A DNA stretch of 64,000 nucleotides from Pseudomonadales bacterium (GTDB lineage Bacteria; Pseudomonadota; Gammaproteobacteria; Pseudomonadales; JAHRWD01). How positions within the stretch are numbered: the stretch's first letter is position 1; every line of letters starts with the position of its first letter. The stretch spans positions 4,870 through 68,869 of the forward strand of contig JAHRWD010000032.1 of the NCBI GenBank assembly GCA_019090315.1, given 5' to 3'. Positions 19,966 to 28,725 of the stretch are shown here, piece by piece. Below the pieces are notes generated by a model. It was not told the DNA's origin, made no database searches, and saw only the letters and a list, made by a program, of their open reading frames with translations. The translations under genes were made by a program, and so were the position numbers.

Positions 19966-20511
19966 ATGCCCAAGCACGGAAACCTGATCTGGCTCGACCT
20001 GGAGATGACAGGCCTTGAGCCAGAAACAGATGTCATCATTGAGATTGCCACCATCGTAACCGACTCTGATCTTAATTTTATAGCTGAAGGCCCGGTGCTT
20101 GCAGTTCACCAACCTGAAGCAGCACTACAAGCGATGGACGAGTGGAATACCCGTACCCACGGTAATTCAGGGTTAACTGAGCGAGTGCGAAACAGCAATA
20201 TTTCCGATGGAAAAGCCGAGGATATGACACTGGCTTTTCTGCGTGAACATCTGGAAGAGGGTGAATCGCCAATGTGTGGTAACAGCATCGGCCAGGATCG
20301 CCGCTTTCTGGTCAAATATATGCCACAACTTGAAGCCTTTTTTCACTATCGAAATCTGGATGTCAGCTCGATTAAAGAGCTGGCGAAGCGCTGGCGACCT
20401 GAGGTTGCGAAGGGCTTCCACAAGAAAAACACCCATCAGGCACTGGATGATATTCAGGAGTCGATTGCCGAACTAAGCCATTATCGCGAGCATTTTTTCA
20501 AAATGGATTAG
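19966..20511 (+). CDS. orn: Oligoribonuclease
   Basis: [29 protein letters not shown] and HQALDDI; divergent from rsgA. Confidence 0.97.
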   Translation: MPKHGNLIWLDLEMTGLEPETDVIIEIATIVTDSDLNFIAEGPVLAVHQPEAALQAMDEWNTRTHGNSGLTERVRNSNISDGKAEDMTLAFLREHLEEGESPMCGNSIGQDRRFLVKYMPQLEAFFHYRNLDVSSIKELAKRWRPEVAKGFHKKNTHQALDDIQESIAELSHYREHFFKMD

Positions 20512-20517
20512 AGGTCT

Positions 20518-21777
20518 CTAAGAACTTTCCGCTGGTTTGTCTATAGCAACCGGCGGTTTGAGGAACATCACCAGAACGATCGCCAACGAAGCAAGGCCGA
20601 TGTAAGCCATAAACACAAGGTTGTAGGAATGAAGTCGGTCAAATACCAAACCGGCGGTCACAGGAACCATTGCGGACAAAACTGTTGTCATCAATCCCCG
20701 CACTGCATACAACGATGCGTAGTGCTGACTGCCAAAATAGTTGGCCATAATGGTCGGCGTCGTCACCACCGCCAGCCCGTTGCCCAGACCAAAAATACAG
20801 GCAAATGCATAAACTGCAAGGGGTGTGGTCGCCTGGGTCAGAAACCCCATGCCTATCACCAGCATAAACAAACCCAGCCCCATCATATATTTGGGCTCCA
20901 TGTAATCCCCAAGCGCACCGGAGATCAAACGCCCGCCGGTACTTAAAAACCCAATCAAACCAATCGCTGAAGCCGCAGTAATTTTATCAAGACCAATATC
21001 ACTCAGGTGTAACAAGCCCTGACTGTTAATCAATGTTCCGCCCATTACCCCGGTTGCCGAGCAAGCTACCAGCATCCAGAAAGAGCGCGTTTTTACCGCA
21101 GCCTTAACCGTCCAGTCTACGTCGGTTTGAAAAACCCTGGATTTCCGAACAGTGCTATTTTCATCCTCAGATTCAGCCGAATCATCTACCCCATCGACCA
21201 GAAGCCCCATATCCGCTGGGCTATTTCTCACCATCAGGAAAGCAATAAAGGACGCAAGCAAAGTCCCGCCGGCCATAATCAACCAAACCAGCCTCCAGTC
21301 GCCGGTGGTTTCAATGATCCAGGCAAACAGTGGCGTGATGATGGCTCGACCCAATCCACCTGACGCCATAAACAGGGCAATGGCGATGGCTCTGCGCCGT
21401 TTAAACCAGTTGGAGACCAGCTGTGTGCCAGGGATAATCGTTTGCAGGCCAATGCCGATACCTAGCAGTGGCGCCGTGACATAGAACTGCAAAAGGGATT
21501 CGGTGAAAAACATGTTGATCGCGCCGGTAGCTGCGACAAAACCACCCAGCATGATGCTAAAACGTACACCGCGTTTTGCGATGACCCAGGCGATTATTGG
21601 GCCGGACAATCCCATAGACAGGGTTGCAAGGGAAAATCCCAGTCCGACTTCGCTACGTGCCCAACCGAAGGTTTCGGTCATCTCGGGCAGTGTGACTGCC
21701 AGGCCGTAGAAGACGGTACCTATAGATAAAAAATAGATGGTGCCGAGTGCACCAAGCAGCTTCCAGCCGTAATACAT
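20518..21777 (-). CDS. MFS transporter (OFA/monocarboxylate-like)
   Basis: YYGW start, VSNWFKRRR, TRSFW and GRLISGALGD; about 12 TM helices. Start placed at ATG 21777. Confidence 0.88.
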   Translation of the reverse strand: MYYGWKLLGALGTIYFLSIGTVFYGLAVTLPEMTETFGWARSEVGLGFSLATLSMGLSGPIIAWVIAKRGVRFSIMLGGFVAATGAINMFFTESLLQFYVTAPLLGIGIGLQTIIPGTQLVSNWFKRRRAIAIALFMASGGLGRAIITPLFAWIIETTGDWRLVWLIMAGGTLLASFIAFLMVRNSPADMGLLVDGVDDSAESEDENSTVRKSRVFQTDVDWTVKAAVKTRSFWMLVACSATGVMGGTLINSQGLLHLSDIGLDKITAASAIGLIGFLSTGGRLISGALGDYMEPKYMMGLGLFMLVIGMGFLTQATTPLAVYAFACIFGLGNGLAVVTTPTIMANYFGSQHYASLYAVRGLMTTVLSAMVPVTAGLVFDRLHSYNLVFMAYIGLASLAIVLVMFLKPPVAIDKPAESS

Positions 21778-22023
21778 CAGTGTTGTCCATTTGAATGGGG
21801 TGGTGAACGAAGCCACCAAAAAAAAGATCTGCTCGCTGATTCGTCTACGTATCGATTGCAGCTATTCGTATCGAAAAGGCTGAACCATGCAGCTAAATGG
21901 AGGTAAAGCGTGGTTTGAAACGAGCAAATTGGTCGTCGGGTTCCAGCGGTTAGTTTTATTATACCCAGGCCCGACGCACCGTATTCTAGCAAACTGAGCC
22001 AGAGCTTTCACTCCGACCGATTC

Positions 22024-22998
22024 CTAGCAAGCCTGATACAGACCTGGCTCAACCTCTTTTAACTGTTCGGCTTTAAGCATTCGGTCAACATGCTGGGTCA
22101 GCATCCAGTGCTCACTGCGATCATTGGATGGCCCTACGTCAGTTTTGCGGTAAATGATGCGATGTTCGACCGCCTGATCAATAGTGCGTGGCGTAGACAT
22201 ATAATCACGCAATTTATTCTCTCGATAGCCAATCATGCCCTGGTACTGGGCGGAACGTTTTAGAAACGCTTCTTTGTCCAGAACCCCGAGATGGTGAAAA
22301 GTGCAAAACCAGGGTATGTCCATTGAACGCACCAGATCCAGCGATTGATCAAACTGCTCAAGGCTGGAGTTGACGCCGCCATAATAGGGGCCGAAACCGG
22401 AGAGTTCGATATCCGCGAGGAACAGCAGGTCATCCTTACGATGCTCGCCACGAACCAGCAAACAGCTGTGTCCGTGGGTATGCCCGGGGGTGAAAACCAC
22501 TTCAATAGTTACGCCGCCGCCAAGATCAAAAATATCACCGTCTTTGTAACCGATCGTATCCGGCCGTGGGCTGAAACTAAAATGCTCAAGCACATTGCTT
22601 TCAAATTCAGTACGCTCATCCGCTACCACCCCGTGCAATTCACAGATACCGTCCATCGACTGTATTGCATACACCTCGTTTTCATGGGCGTGGCAGGTTG
22701 CATCAGGGAACAGATGAACCCCGGCAACATGGTCCTGATGGCAGTGACTCAGGATTATACGATCAATTTCAGGCAACTCGCCGATGTGGCTCTTAAAACT
22801 TTTCGAGGGATCGATGACGATGGATTCTTCACTTCCCTGTACCAGAACCGAGTTTCCATAGGGGAATTTACCGCCATTGCGACCGATAAATACGGTGCTG
22901 GCACCAAACTCGAGGATTGGGTCTTGCGAATGCTGTAGCTTCTGTTTTAGTGCTGAGGGCATGATGCGGTTTCTTCGAATTCCAAAAAGCTCAGCCAC
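22024..22998 (-). CDS. MBL-fold metallo-hydrolase with C-terminal wHTH-like domain
   Basis: SHCHQDH, PGHTHGH, LADI and FHH motifs; alternative start ATG at 22962. Confidence 0.88.
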   Translation of the reverse strand: MAELFGIRRNRIMPSALKQKLQHSQDPILEFGASTVFIGRNGGKFPYGNSVLVQGSEESIVIDPSKSFKSHIGELPEIDRIILSHCHQDHVAGVHLFPDATCHAHENEVYAIQSMDGICELHGVVADERTEFESNVLEHFSFSPRPDTIGYKDGDIFDLGGGVTIEVVFTPGHTHGHSCLLVRGEHRKDDLLFLADIELSGFGPYYGGVNSSLEQFDQSLDLVRSMDIPWFCTFHHLGVLDKEAFLKRSAQYQGMIGYRENKLRDYMSTPRTIDQAVEHRIIYRKTDVGPSNDRSEHWMLTQHVDRMLKAEQLKEVEPGLYQAC

Positions 22999-23084
22999 CC
23001 GACAGGGGCAGCTGATGAGAAAACGCGCAATAATACCTGATCAATTCAGTTGGTTAAACCTCTAAGCCTTTTACAGACTATGAA

Positions 23085-24146
23085 TCAACAGCAGCCGCCC
23101 CCGCTATCTTCGTCACTTACAACCGTCGCATCATAGGGCAAGAGTGTCCCGCAGCCTTCAAAAATACCGAAATGGTTGTCCCAGTTTCCGATAAATTCAA
23201 AGTGTGGCGCAAAGCGGGTTTCATGCAGCATATTGTAAGTATTGCCGCAAACCGGGAAAACACGACCGGTTTCGATCCAGTGATGTTTATCCAGTAACAC
23301 GGCTGTTTCGGCGTGGGCAATGGTGCCTTGGTAGATGACTGCCTGGCCGTAGTCTTCACAGGCGGGTTCTAGCTGATCCAGCTTAAACAGTCGGTAGGTT
23401 GCAGAAAAGAAGGAGATATGGCCAATTTTCTTCTCGATAGCCGCATTATCGATACCCAATGGGCGATCTTCAACCAAACGCGGATCGGCAAAACCAGTCT
23501 TTTTTGCCAAATTATGAAAATCGTTCCAGTACAGTGCGCCACTCAGACATTCACCGTACAGAACCGGGTCATCGACCAAATCCTGCGATACGCGTCTATC
23601 GGAATAGACATCGGAAAAATAGAGCTCGCCACCGGGCTTCAACAGCCGATGAGCTTCGCGTAATACCGCTTCTTTATCGGGGGACAGGTTAATCACGCAG
23701 TTGGATACGATGATATCGAAGCTGTTGTCTTCCAGGCCTAGCTCATCAAGCTTTTCGATGTAGCCCTTGAGGAATTCGACGTTAGGTTTGCTATAACCGA
23801 ATTTTTCAGTGTGATAATCAATATGACGATTGGCAACATCAAGCTGCTCATCGGTCATATCGACCCCAACCACGTAACCCTGCTCGCCAACCAGTTTTGA
23901 CAATACGTATACATCTCGGCCGGAACCGCTGCCCAGATCGAGAATGCGTTTACCTTCAAGCAACTGCGGTGCAATCAGCCCGCAACCGTAATAGCGTGTC
24001 ACCACTTCATCGTGGAGCTGGCCAATCGCCTGTTTTACGTAATCCGGTATTTCGGTACTGGTGGCACAGGCATCAGTTTTTAGATCCGATGAACTTTGCA
24101 GGGTTTGTCCGTAGTAATCTTTGACGGATTCTTTGGTGTCGTTCAT
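23085..24146 (-). CDS. arsM: Arsenite S-adenosylmethionine methyltransferase (AS3MT-like)
   Basis: Conserved Cys in TDAC, RYYGCG, VSNCVINL and YGECLSGAL; SAM motif LDLGSGSG; C-terminal GGGCC. Confidence 0.85.
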   Translation of the reverse strand: MNDTKESVKDYYGQTLQSSSDLKTDACATSTEIPDYVKQAIGQLHDEVVTRYYGCGLIAPQLLEGKRILDLGSGSGRDVYVLSKLVGEQGYVVGVDMTDEQLDVANRHIDYHTEKFGYSKPNVEFLKGYIEKLDELGLEDNSFDIIVSNCVINLSPDKEAVLREAHRLLKPGGELYFSDVYSDRRVSQDLVDDPVLYGECLSGALYWNDFHNLAKKTGFADPRLVEDRPLGIDNAAIEKKIGHISFFSATYRLFKLDQLEPACEDYGQAVIYQGTIAHAETAVLLDKHHWIETGRVFPVCGNTYNMLHETRFAPHFEFIGNWDNHFGIFEGCGTLLPYDATVVSDEDSGGGCC

Positions 24147-24297
24147 ATCAATGGCCTGTGTGGTTACAGCAAGTTACTGCGGGACTATTATTAACGCTGG
24201 CATATAGCTGAAGCAGCGTGAGACAAGCGTACTCCAAAAAAGTTACAGCATAATGACGATCAGTTTCTACGATTATACAGTGCGTCACCGGTATATT

Positions 24298-24495
24298 GAG
24301 ACCTTTGCACGGGAGATGATTTTGCTCTCAGGCAAGGCAAAAACGCGCACAGAGAGGGAGTTTACAGGTGTAAATGACCGATTGAGCAGAGCCTGCCCCA
24401 CGAGCGGAGCGAGTGTCTTGGGTGCGTTTTTACCAAAAGTAGGCACCACCAGGCGACGCCGCATGGGAGTAAAATGGCTCTCGTGCAAAGGTCTC
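24298..24495. mobile_element. MITE-like non-autonomous element (198 bp) with a 5-bp target-site duplication
   Basis: Perfect 14-bp terminal inverted repeat GAGACCTTTGCACG / CGTGCAAAGGTCTC, extending imperfectly to about 32 bp; ATATT on both sides (24293-24297, 24496-24500); inner IRs AAAAACGC/GCGTTTTT and TTTACA-GG-TGTAAA. Confidence 0.85.
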
Positions 24496-24498
24496 ATA

Positions 24499-25215
24499 TT
24501 AGCTGCAAAGACTGACCACTATCGGCAGAAAAATCGCAGTGATAGTTCCCGTCAAACTCAATGCCAGGCTCGAAAATGCACCCGCTAGCTCACCGTATCC
24601 AAAGGCTCTGGCGGTTCCTACACCATGAGCGTTTAGCCCCAGCGTGAAACCGCGTACCCTGTCATCGTCGACCTTGCAGATTGAGAACACCATGGGTGCA
24701 AAAATAGCACCGATCACACCGGTCGTAATCACAATACCCGCTGCCAAAATGGGTACACCACCAATCGATTCTGCAATTGCCATCGAAATAGGGGTGGTAA
24801 CCGATTTTGCCGAGAGAGTTAGCAGTATGGATAACTGTAAGTCCAGCAGGTACGCCATCAACACACCAATTGCCGATGCGGAGATAGCGCCAACAACTAA
24901 TGTAATCAGAATCGCTTTGGCAATAGGGCGAATCAGATGAAGTTGATTATAAAGCGGTACCGCCAACGCAACGGTGGCCGGACCCAGTAGAAAATGTATG
25001 GGTGAACTATCAAGCCGGTAAGCGGCATAATCCAGATTGAAAACCTGTAGAAATAGCATAATCGGGAATATCCCGAGAATAACCGGGTGTAGCCAGGATT
25101 TTTGTTCTGATTTCCTATAGATCACCAGGCCGATTAGATAACCAACGATGGTAACGAGCATCGCAGATGGATGCGTAAAAGCTGTCAACAAGGTGGAAAT
25201 GAGTGGCGGCATCAA
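24499..25215 (-). CDS. LrgB/CidB family membrane protein
   Basis: LLGPATVALAVPLY, KSVTTPI and AHGVGTARA motifs. Confidence 0.93.
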   Translation of the reverse strand: MMPPLISTLLTAFTHPSAMLVTIVGYLIGLVIYRKSEQKSWLHPVILGIFPIMLFLQVFNLDYAAYRLDSSPIHFLLGPATVALAVPLYNQLHLIRPIAKAILITLVVGAISASAIGVLMAYLLDLQLSILLTLSAKSVTTPISMAIAESIGGVPILAAGIVITTGVIGAIFAPMVFSICKVDDDRVRGFTLGLNAHGVGTARAFGYGELAGAFSSLALSLTGTITAIFLPIVVSLCS

Positions 25216-25625
25216 TTTCGCCCTTCAGTGCTATCTTCTTCAAGGGGTTTTTCTCGGATCAACCACTGCATACAGAGCGCGGTAATGATCATCGCAAGCA
25301 CGGTACTTACTACCATAATCAAGGTAATGGCCGGTAACTCCCGATTGATAGTTGCACCCAGATAAAAAATTCCGGTTGCCGCTGGCAGAAAGAAAAGTGA
25401 CAGATGCTTAATCAGTAGCGCACTGGTGCTAGACAACGCCTGTGGGGATTTTTTAACGATGGTCAGCCCAATGAACAGCAATAACATACCGATTACCGGC
25501 CCGGGTACCGTCAGTGAGAATAGATCGGTGATGAATTGTCCGGCAAATTGAAACAGCAGCAATATAGCCATGCCGACTACAAGGTCGATGGCCTTTGATC
25601 CCCAATTCTTGATCATCGTTTGCAC
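25212..25625 (-). CDS. CidA/LrgA family protein
   Basis: PGPVIGMLLL and LSLFFLPAATG; overlaps the lrgB start. Confidence 0.9.
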   Translation of the reverse strand: MQTMIKNWGSKAIDLVVGMAILLLFQFAGQFITDLFSLTVPGPVIGMLLLFIGLTIVKKSPQALSSTSALLIKHLSLFFLPAATGIFYLGATINRELPAITLIMVVSTVLAMIITALCMQWLIREKPLEEDSTEGRN

Positions 25626-25634
25626 AGGCGGTCT

Positions 25635-26120
25635 CTAACGTCGAACCAGTTGAACCATACCGGCGGACACAATGAGCACAAAGCAGATCAAAGACCAGCC
25701 CGGAATACTTAGCCCGAGCATCGTCCAGGCTACCTCTGCACAGTTCCCATCACCACTCAGCACAATGGCCAACACTTCCGTGAAAGGAAGTACGTCCAGC
25801 ATATAATCCAGGTTTGGTGGGCAGGTGGGCACCTCTTCCGGCGGTAATTGCTGCAACCATAGCTGCCGGATCGCCAGAGCTGCCCCCATATCAGCAACTA
25901 ACAGGAGTAGTACCGCGTAGATCCGGCGACCAACAGCTCCCGTATTCTGAATAGCGGCGGCCAGCGCAACCAGGCCCGCACCAATAAACATTACACGCTG
26001 GAATACGCACATCGAACAAGGTTCCAGCTCGTAGTGATGTTCAATAAAAACACCCGCGAGTAACGCGCCGGCGGAAAACAGAAAAATAAACAAAAACAGC
26101 ATTCTTGGACTGGGCAACAT
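25635..26120 (-). CDS. dsbB: Disulfide bond formation protein B
   Basis: EPCSMCVFQR, second Cys pair PTC...GNC, LGLSIPGW; start placed at ATG 26120. Confidence 0.93.
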   Translation of the reverse strand: MLPSPRMLFLFIFLFSAGALLAGVFIEHHYELEPCSMCVFQRVMFIGAGLVALAAAIQNTGAVGRRIYAVLLLLVADMGAALAIRQLWLQQLPPEEVPTCPPNLDYMLDVLPFTEVLAIVLSGDGNCAEVAWTMLGLSIPGWSLICFVLIVSAGMVQLVRR

Positions 26121-26249
26121 GAAAATACCTTGATATGTAACCAACGAGCACTAAAAACGTAGCCGTCTATTTTGCCATAAAACCATGTGACCAGTTAGAC
26201 AGCGTCGCTAAATCTAGCAACAAAAGTTACAACAGGCTCCGTAAAAAAC

Positions 26250-26277
26250 CTTGTAAAGTGGCTATAACGCCCAATTA
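26250..26277 (+). promoter_or_regulatory. Putative sigma-32 promoter for rpoD
   Basis: CTTGTAA-N13-CCCAATTA, compared with the consensus CTTGAAA-N13-15-CCCCATnT. Confidence 0.45.
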
Positions 26278-26330
26278 TGATAGTCAGATGAAAAAAAGAT
26301 GATTGACAGGGGTAAGAATCACATTATGGA

Positions 26331-26359
26331 TTGGCCGATTTAACTATATTGGTTATAAT
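26331..26359 (+). promoter_or_regulatory. Putative sigma-70 promoter for rpoD
   Basis: TTGGCC-N17-TATAAT. Confidence 0.6.
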
Positions 26360-26549
26360 AGCCGGTTCATTAATGGCGTAGCGATAGCCCCTGATCGGAA
26401 CCAGTTCCTCCTCTTCAGGTCACAGCCATTGGCAGGCGTACTGATTTTTCGTCTTAGCTACCCAATACAGATTCTACTTAAAGTAAGTACGATACCGTAG
26501 GCTGCTCTCTTTCTGGCAGCAAATGATCAGCACACCATATAGGAAACGC

Positions 26550-28346
26550 ATGTCCTCTACCGCTGCACAACAGTCGCAACTAAAGGTACTTATCGCCCGT
26601 GGGCGTGAGCAAGGCTATCTGACCTACGCCGAAGTCAACGACCATTTGCCTGAAAGTATTTCAGATCCCGACCAGGTCGAAGATATCATTCAGATGATCA
26701 ACGATCTGGGCATTAAAGTGAGCGAAACAGCTCCAGATGCGGACAGTCTGATCATGAACGGCAACGACTCCACCGATGAAATTGCGGTAGCTGAAGCAAC
26801 AGCCGCACTGGCCGCAGTGGAAACGGATATTGGCCGCACAACTGATCCCGTACGTATGTATATGCGTGAAATGGGTACGGTTGAGCTGCTAACCCGTGAA
26901 GGTGAAATCGCAATCGCCAAGCGGATCGAAGAGGGTATCCGGGCACAGCTGGCGGCTTTGGCGTTTTTCCCCGGAACCGTTTCCATGATACTGGATGAAT
27001 ATGACCAGTATAAAAAAGGCGAACGTCGACTTGATGAGATTATCAGCGGCTACCTGAACCCGGTAGAACACGTCCCATCCGCAGCGCAAAAAACCGCTGG
27101 CCAGCCAAAAGATGATGATGAAGAAAAAGATACCGGGCCCGATCCGGTTGAAGCTGAGAAACGTTTCTCAGCTATCAGGAAGCAGTACAACAAAACCGCT
27201 AAAGCGGTAGAAAAAAATGGTCGCACCGATCCCAAAACGATCGCAGAGTACGAAAAACTTGCCGATCTGTTTAAGTACCTGAAACTGATTCCACGTCGAT
27301 TCGACCCACTGGCAGCACGTTTCCGCTCAGTATCCACACGTGTACGCGATCACGAACGCAACATCATGAATATCTGCGTTCGCTCAGCGGGCATGCCTCG
27401 CCGTGAATTTATTCGTGAGTTTACCGGCAACGAAGCAAGCGCAGCTTTTGTCGAGACCCAGATTGATAAAAATGTTGATTACTCAGCCGGAATGGCCCGC
27501 TGCAAGGATGACATCCAGCGAGTACAGAGCAAACTCCAGCTGCTCGAAGAAAACCATTCGATTAGCGTCGGTGAAATCAAAGAGATCGCCCGCAAAATGG
27601 CATTGGGCGATGCCCGTTCACGCTACGCGAAAAAAGAAATGGTTGAAGCCAACCTTCGACTGGTGATCTCGATTGCTAAAAAATACACGAACCGCGGCCT
27701 GCAATTCCTCGACCTGATTCAGGAAGGCAACATCGGCCTGATGAAAGCGGTCGACAAATTTGAATACCGTCGTGGCTACAAATTTTCTACCTACGCAACC
27801 TGGTGGATCCGCCAGGCGATCACCCGCTCTATTGCCGATCAGGCCCGCACCATTCGTATTCCGGTACACATGATTGAGACCATCAACAAACTTAATCGCA
27901 TCTCTCGCCAGATGCTTCAGGAAGTAGGTCGAGAGCCGACTCCGGAAGAATTAAGCGAGCGTATGGAGATTCCTGAAGAGAAGATCCGCAAAGTACTGAA
28001 AATCGCTAAAGAGCCCATTTCAATGGAAACCCCTATCGGGGACGATGAAGATTCGCACCTCGGCGATTTTATCGAAGATGTGAATATTGATTCACCAGTT
28101 GATTCCGCAACGGTTGAGGGCTTGAAAGAAGCCACACTCAACGTACTGTCAGGACTGACTGCACGGGAAGCCAAGGTTTTAAGAATGCGTTTTGGTATCG
28201 ATATGAATACCGATCACACCCTCGAAGAAGTGGGCAAACAGTTTGATGTGACCCGTGAACGTATCCGTCAGATTGAAGCCAAGGCACTCCGGAAGTTACG
28301 CCATCCGTCACGCTCAGAAAACCTCAAGAGCTTCCTCGACGAGTAA
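26550..28346 (+). CDS. rpoD: RNA polymerase primary sigma factor sigma-70
   Basis: Region 1.1 ([13 protein letters not shown]), [33 protein letters not shown] and [13 protein letters not shown]; AGGA RBS before ATG 26550. Confidence 0.98.
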   Translation: MSSTAAQQSQLKVLIARGREQGYLTYAEVNDHLPESISDPDQVEDIIQMINDLGIKVSETAPDADSLIMNGNDSTDEIAVAEATAALAAVETDIGRTTDPVRMYMREMGTVELLTREGEIAIAKRIEEGIRAQLAALAFFPGTVSMILDEYDQYKKGERRLDEIISGYLNPVEHVPSAAQKTAGQPKDDDEEKDTGPDPVEAEKRFSAIRKQYNKTAKAVEKNGRTDPKTIAEYEKLADLFKYLKLIPRRFDPLAARFRSVSTRVRDHERNIMNICVRSAGMPRREFIREFTGNEASAAFVETQIDKNVDYSAGMARCKDDIQRVQSKLQLLEENHSISVGEIKEIARKMALGDARSRYAKKEMVEANLRLVISIAKKYTNRGLQFLDLIQEGNIGLMKAVDKFEYRRGYKFSTYATWWIRQAITRSIADQARTIRIPVHMIETINKLNRISRQMLQEVGREPTPEELSERMEIPEEKIRKVLKIAKEPISMETPIGDDEDSHLGDFIEDVNIDSPVDSATVEGLKEATLNVLSGLTAREAKVLRMRFGIDMNTDHTLEEVGKQFDVTRERIRQIEAKALRKLRHPSRSENLKSFLDE

Positions 28347-28360
28347 CCGACTCATCAGAT

Positions 28361-28393
28361 CGCTGCGTGCTACCGAATAGCATTCACGCAGCG
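28361..28393 (+). terminator. Hairpin downstream of rpoD, overlapping the tRNA promoter
   Basis: CGCTGCGTG...CACGCAGCG 9-bp stem with inner GCTA/TAGC; no clear U-tract. Confidence 0.35.
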
Positions 28394-28406
28394 GTCTCAG
28401 TATAAT
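28378..28406 (+). promoter_or_regulatory. Putative sigma-70 promoter of the tRNA gene
   Basis: TAGCAT-N17-TATAAT ending 15 bp before the tRNA. Confidence 0.6.
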
Positions 28407-28421
28407 AAGCATCCCTTTTTA

Positions 28422-28498
28422 GGGCCTATAGCTCAGTTGGTTAGAGCAGTGGACTCATAATCCATTGGTCCTTGGTTCGAGTCCAAGTAGGCCCACCA
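28422..28498 (+). tRNA. ileX: tRNA-Ile2 (CAT anticodon, lysidine type)
   Basis: Acceptor stem GGGCCTA/TAGGCCC, D arm AGCTCAGTTGGTTAGAGC, anticodon loop CTCATAA, GTTCGAG T loop and encoded CCA. Sequence style and position after rpoD fit Ile2 rather than Met. Confidence 0.93.
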
Positions 28499-28725
28499 AA
28501 TCCCCCCTTCGCATGTCCTGATAACGACACCAACCCCTGAATCATATGGACTTCAGGCTCTGTCGTTTTCGCATACAGCAACTAAAACGCATATCCGATA
28601 CAGCGATTTTTCCATTTTACCTTCCTAAATTTTTCTGCCTGCTAGACTTATTTTCAGACGCCACCTGAAAAACACCAATTAGGTGTCTCGTGTTTCCACG
28701 AAAAATTACGCAGAGTCCATTTTAG

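Noticed and set aside
24253-24588. ORFs 24253..24588 (+) and 24285..24497 (-)
   Set aside because: They coincide with the palindromic MITE and show no transposase motifs.
28499-28725. Genomic island integrated at tRNA-Ile2
   Set aside because: No integrase downstream and no duplicated tRNA 3' end seen in the window; the site looks empty.
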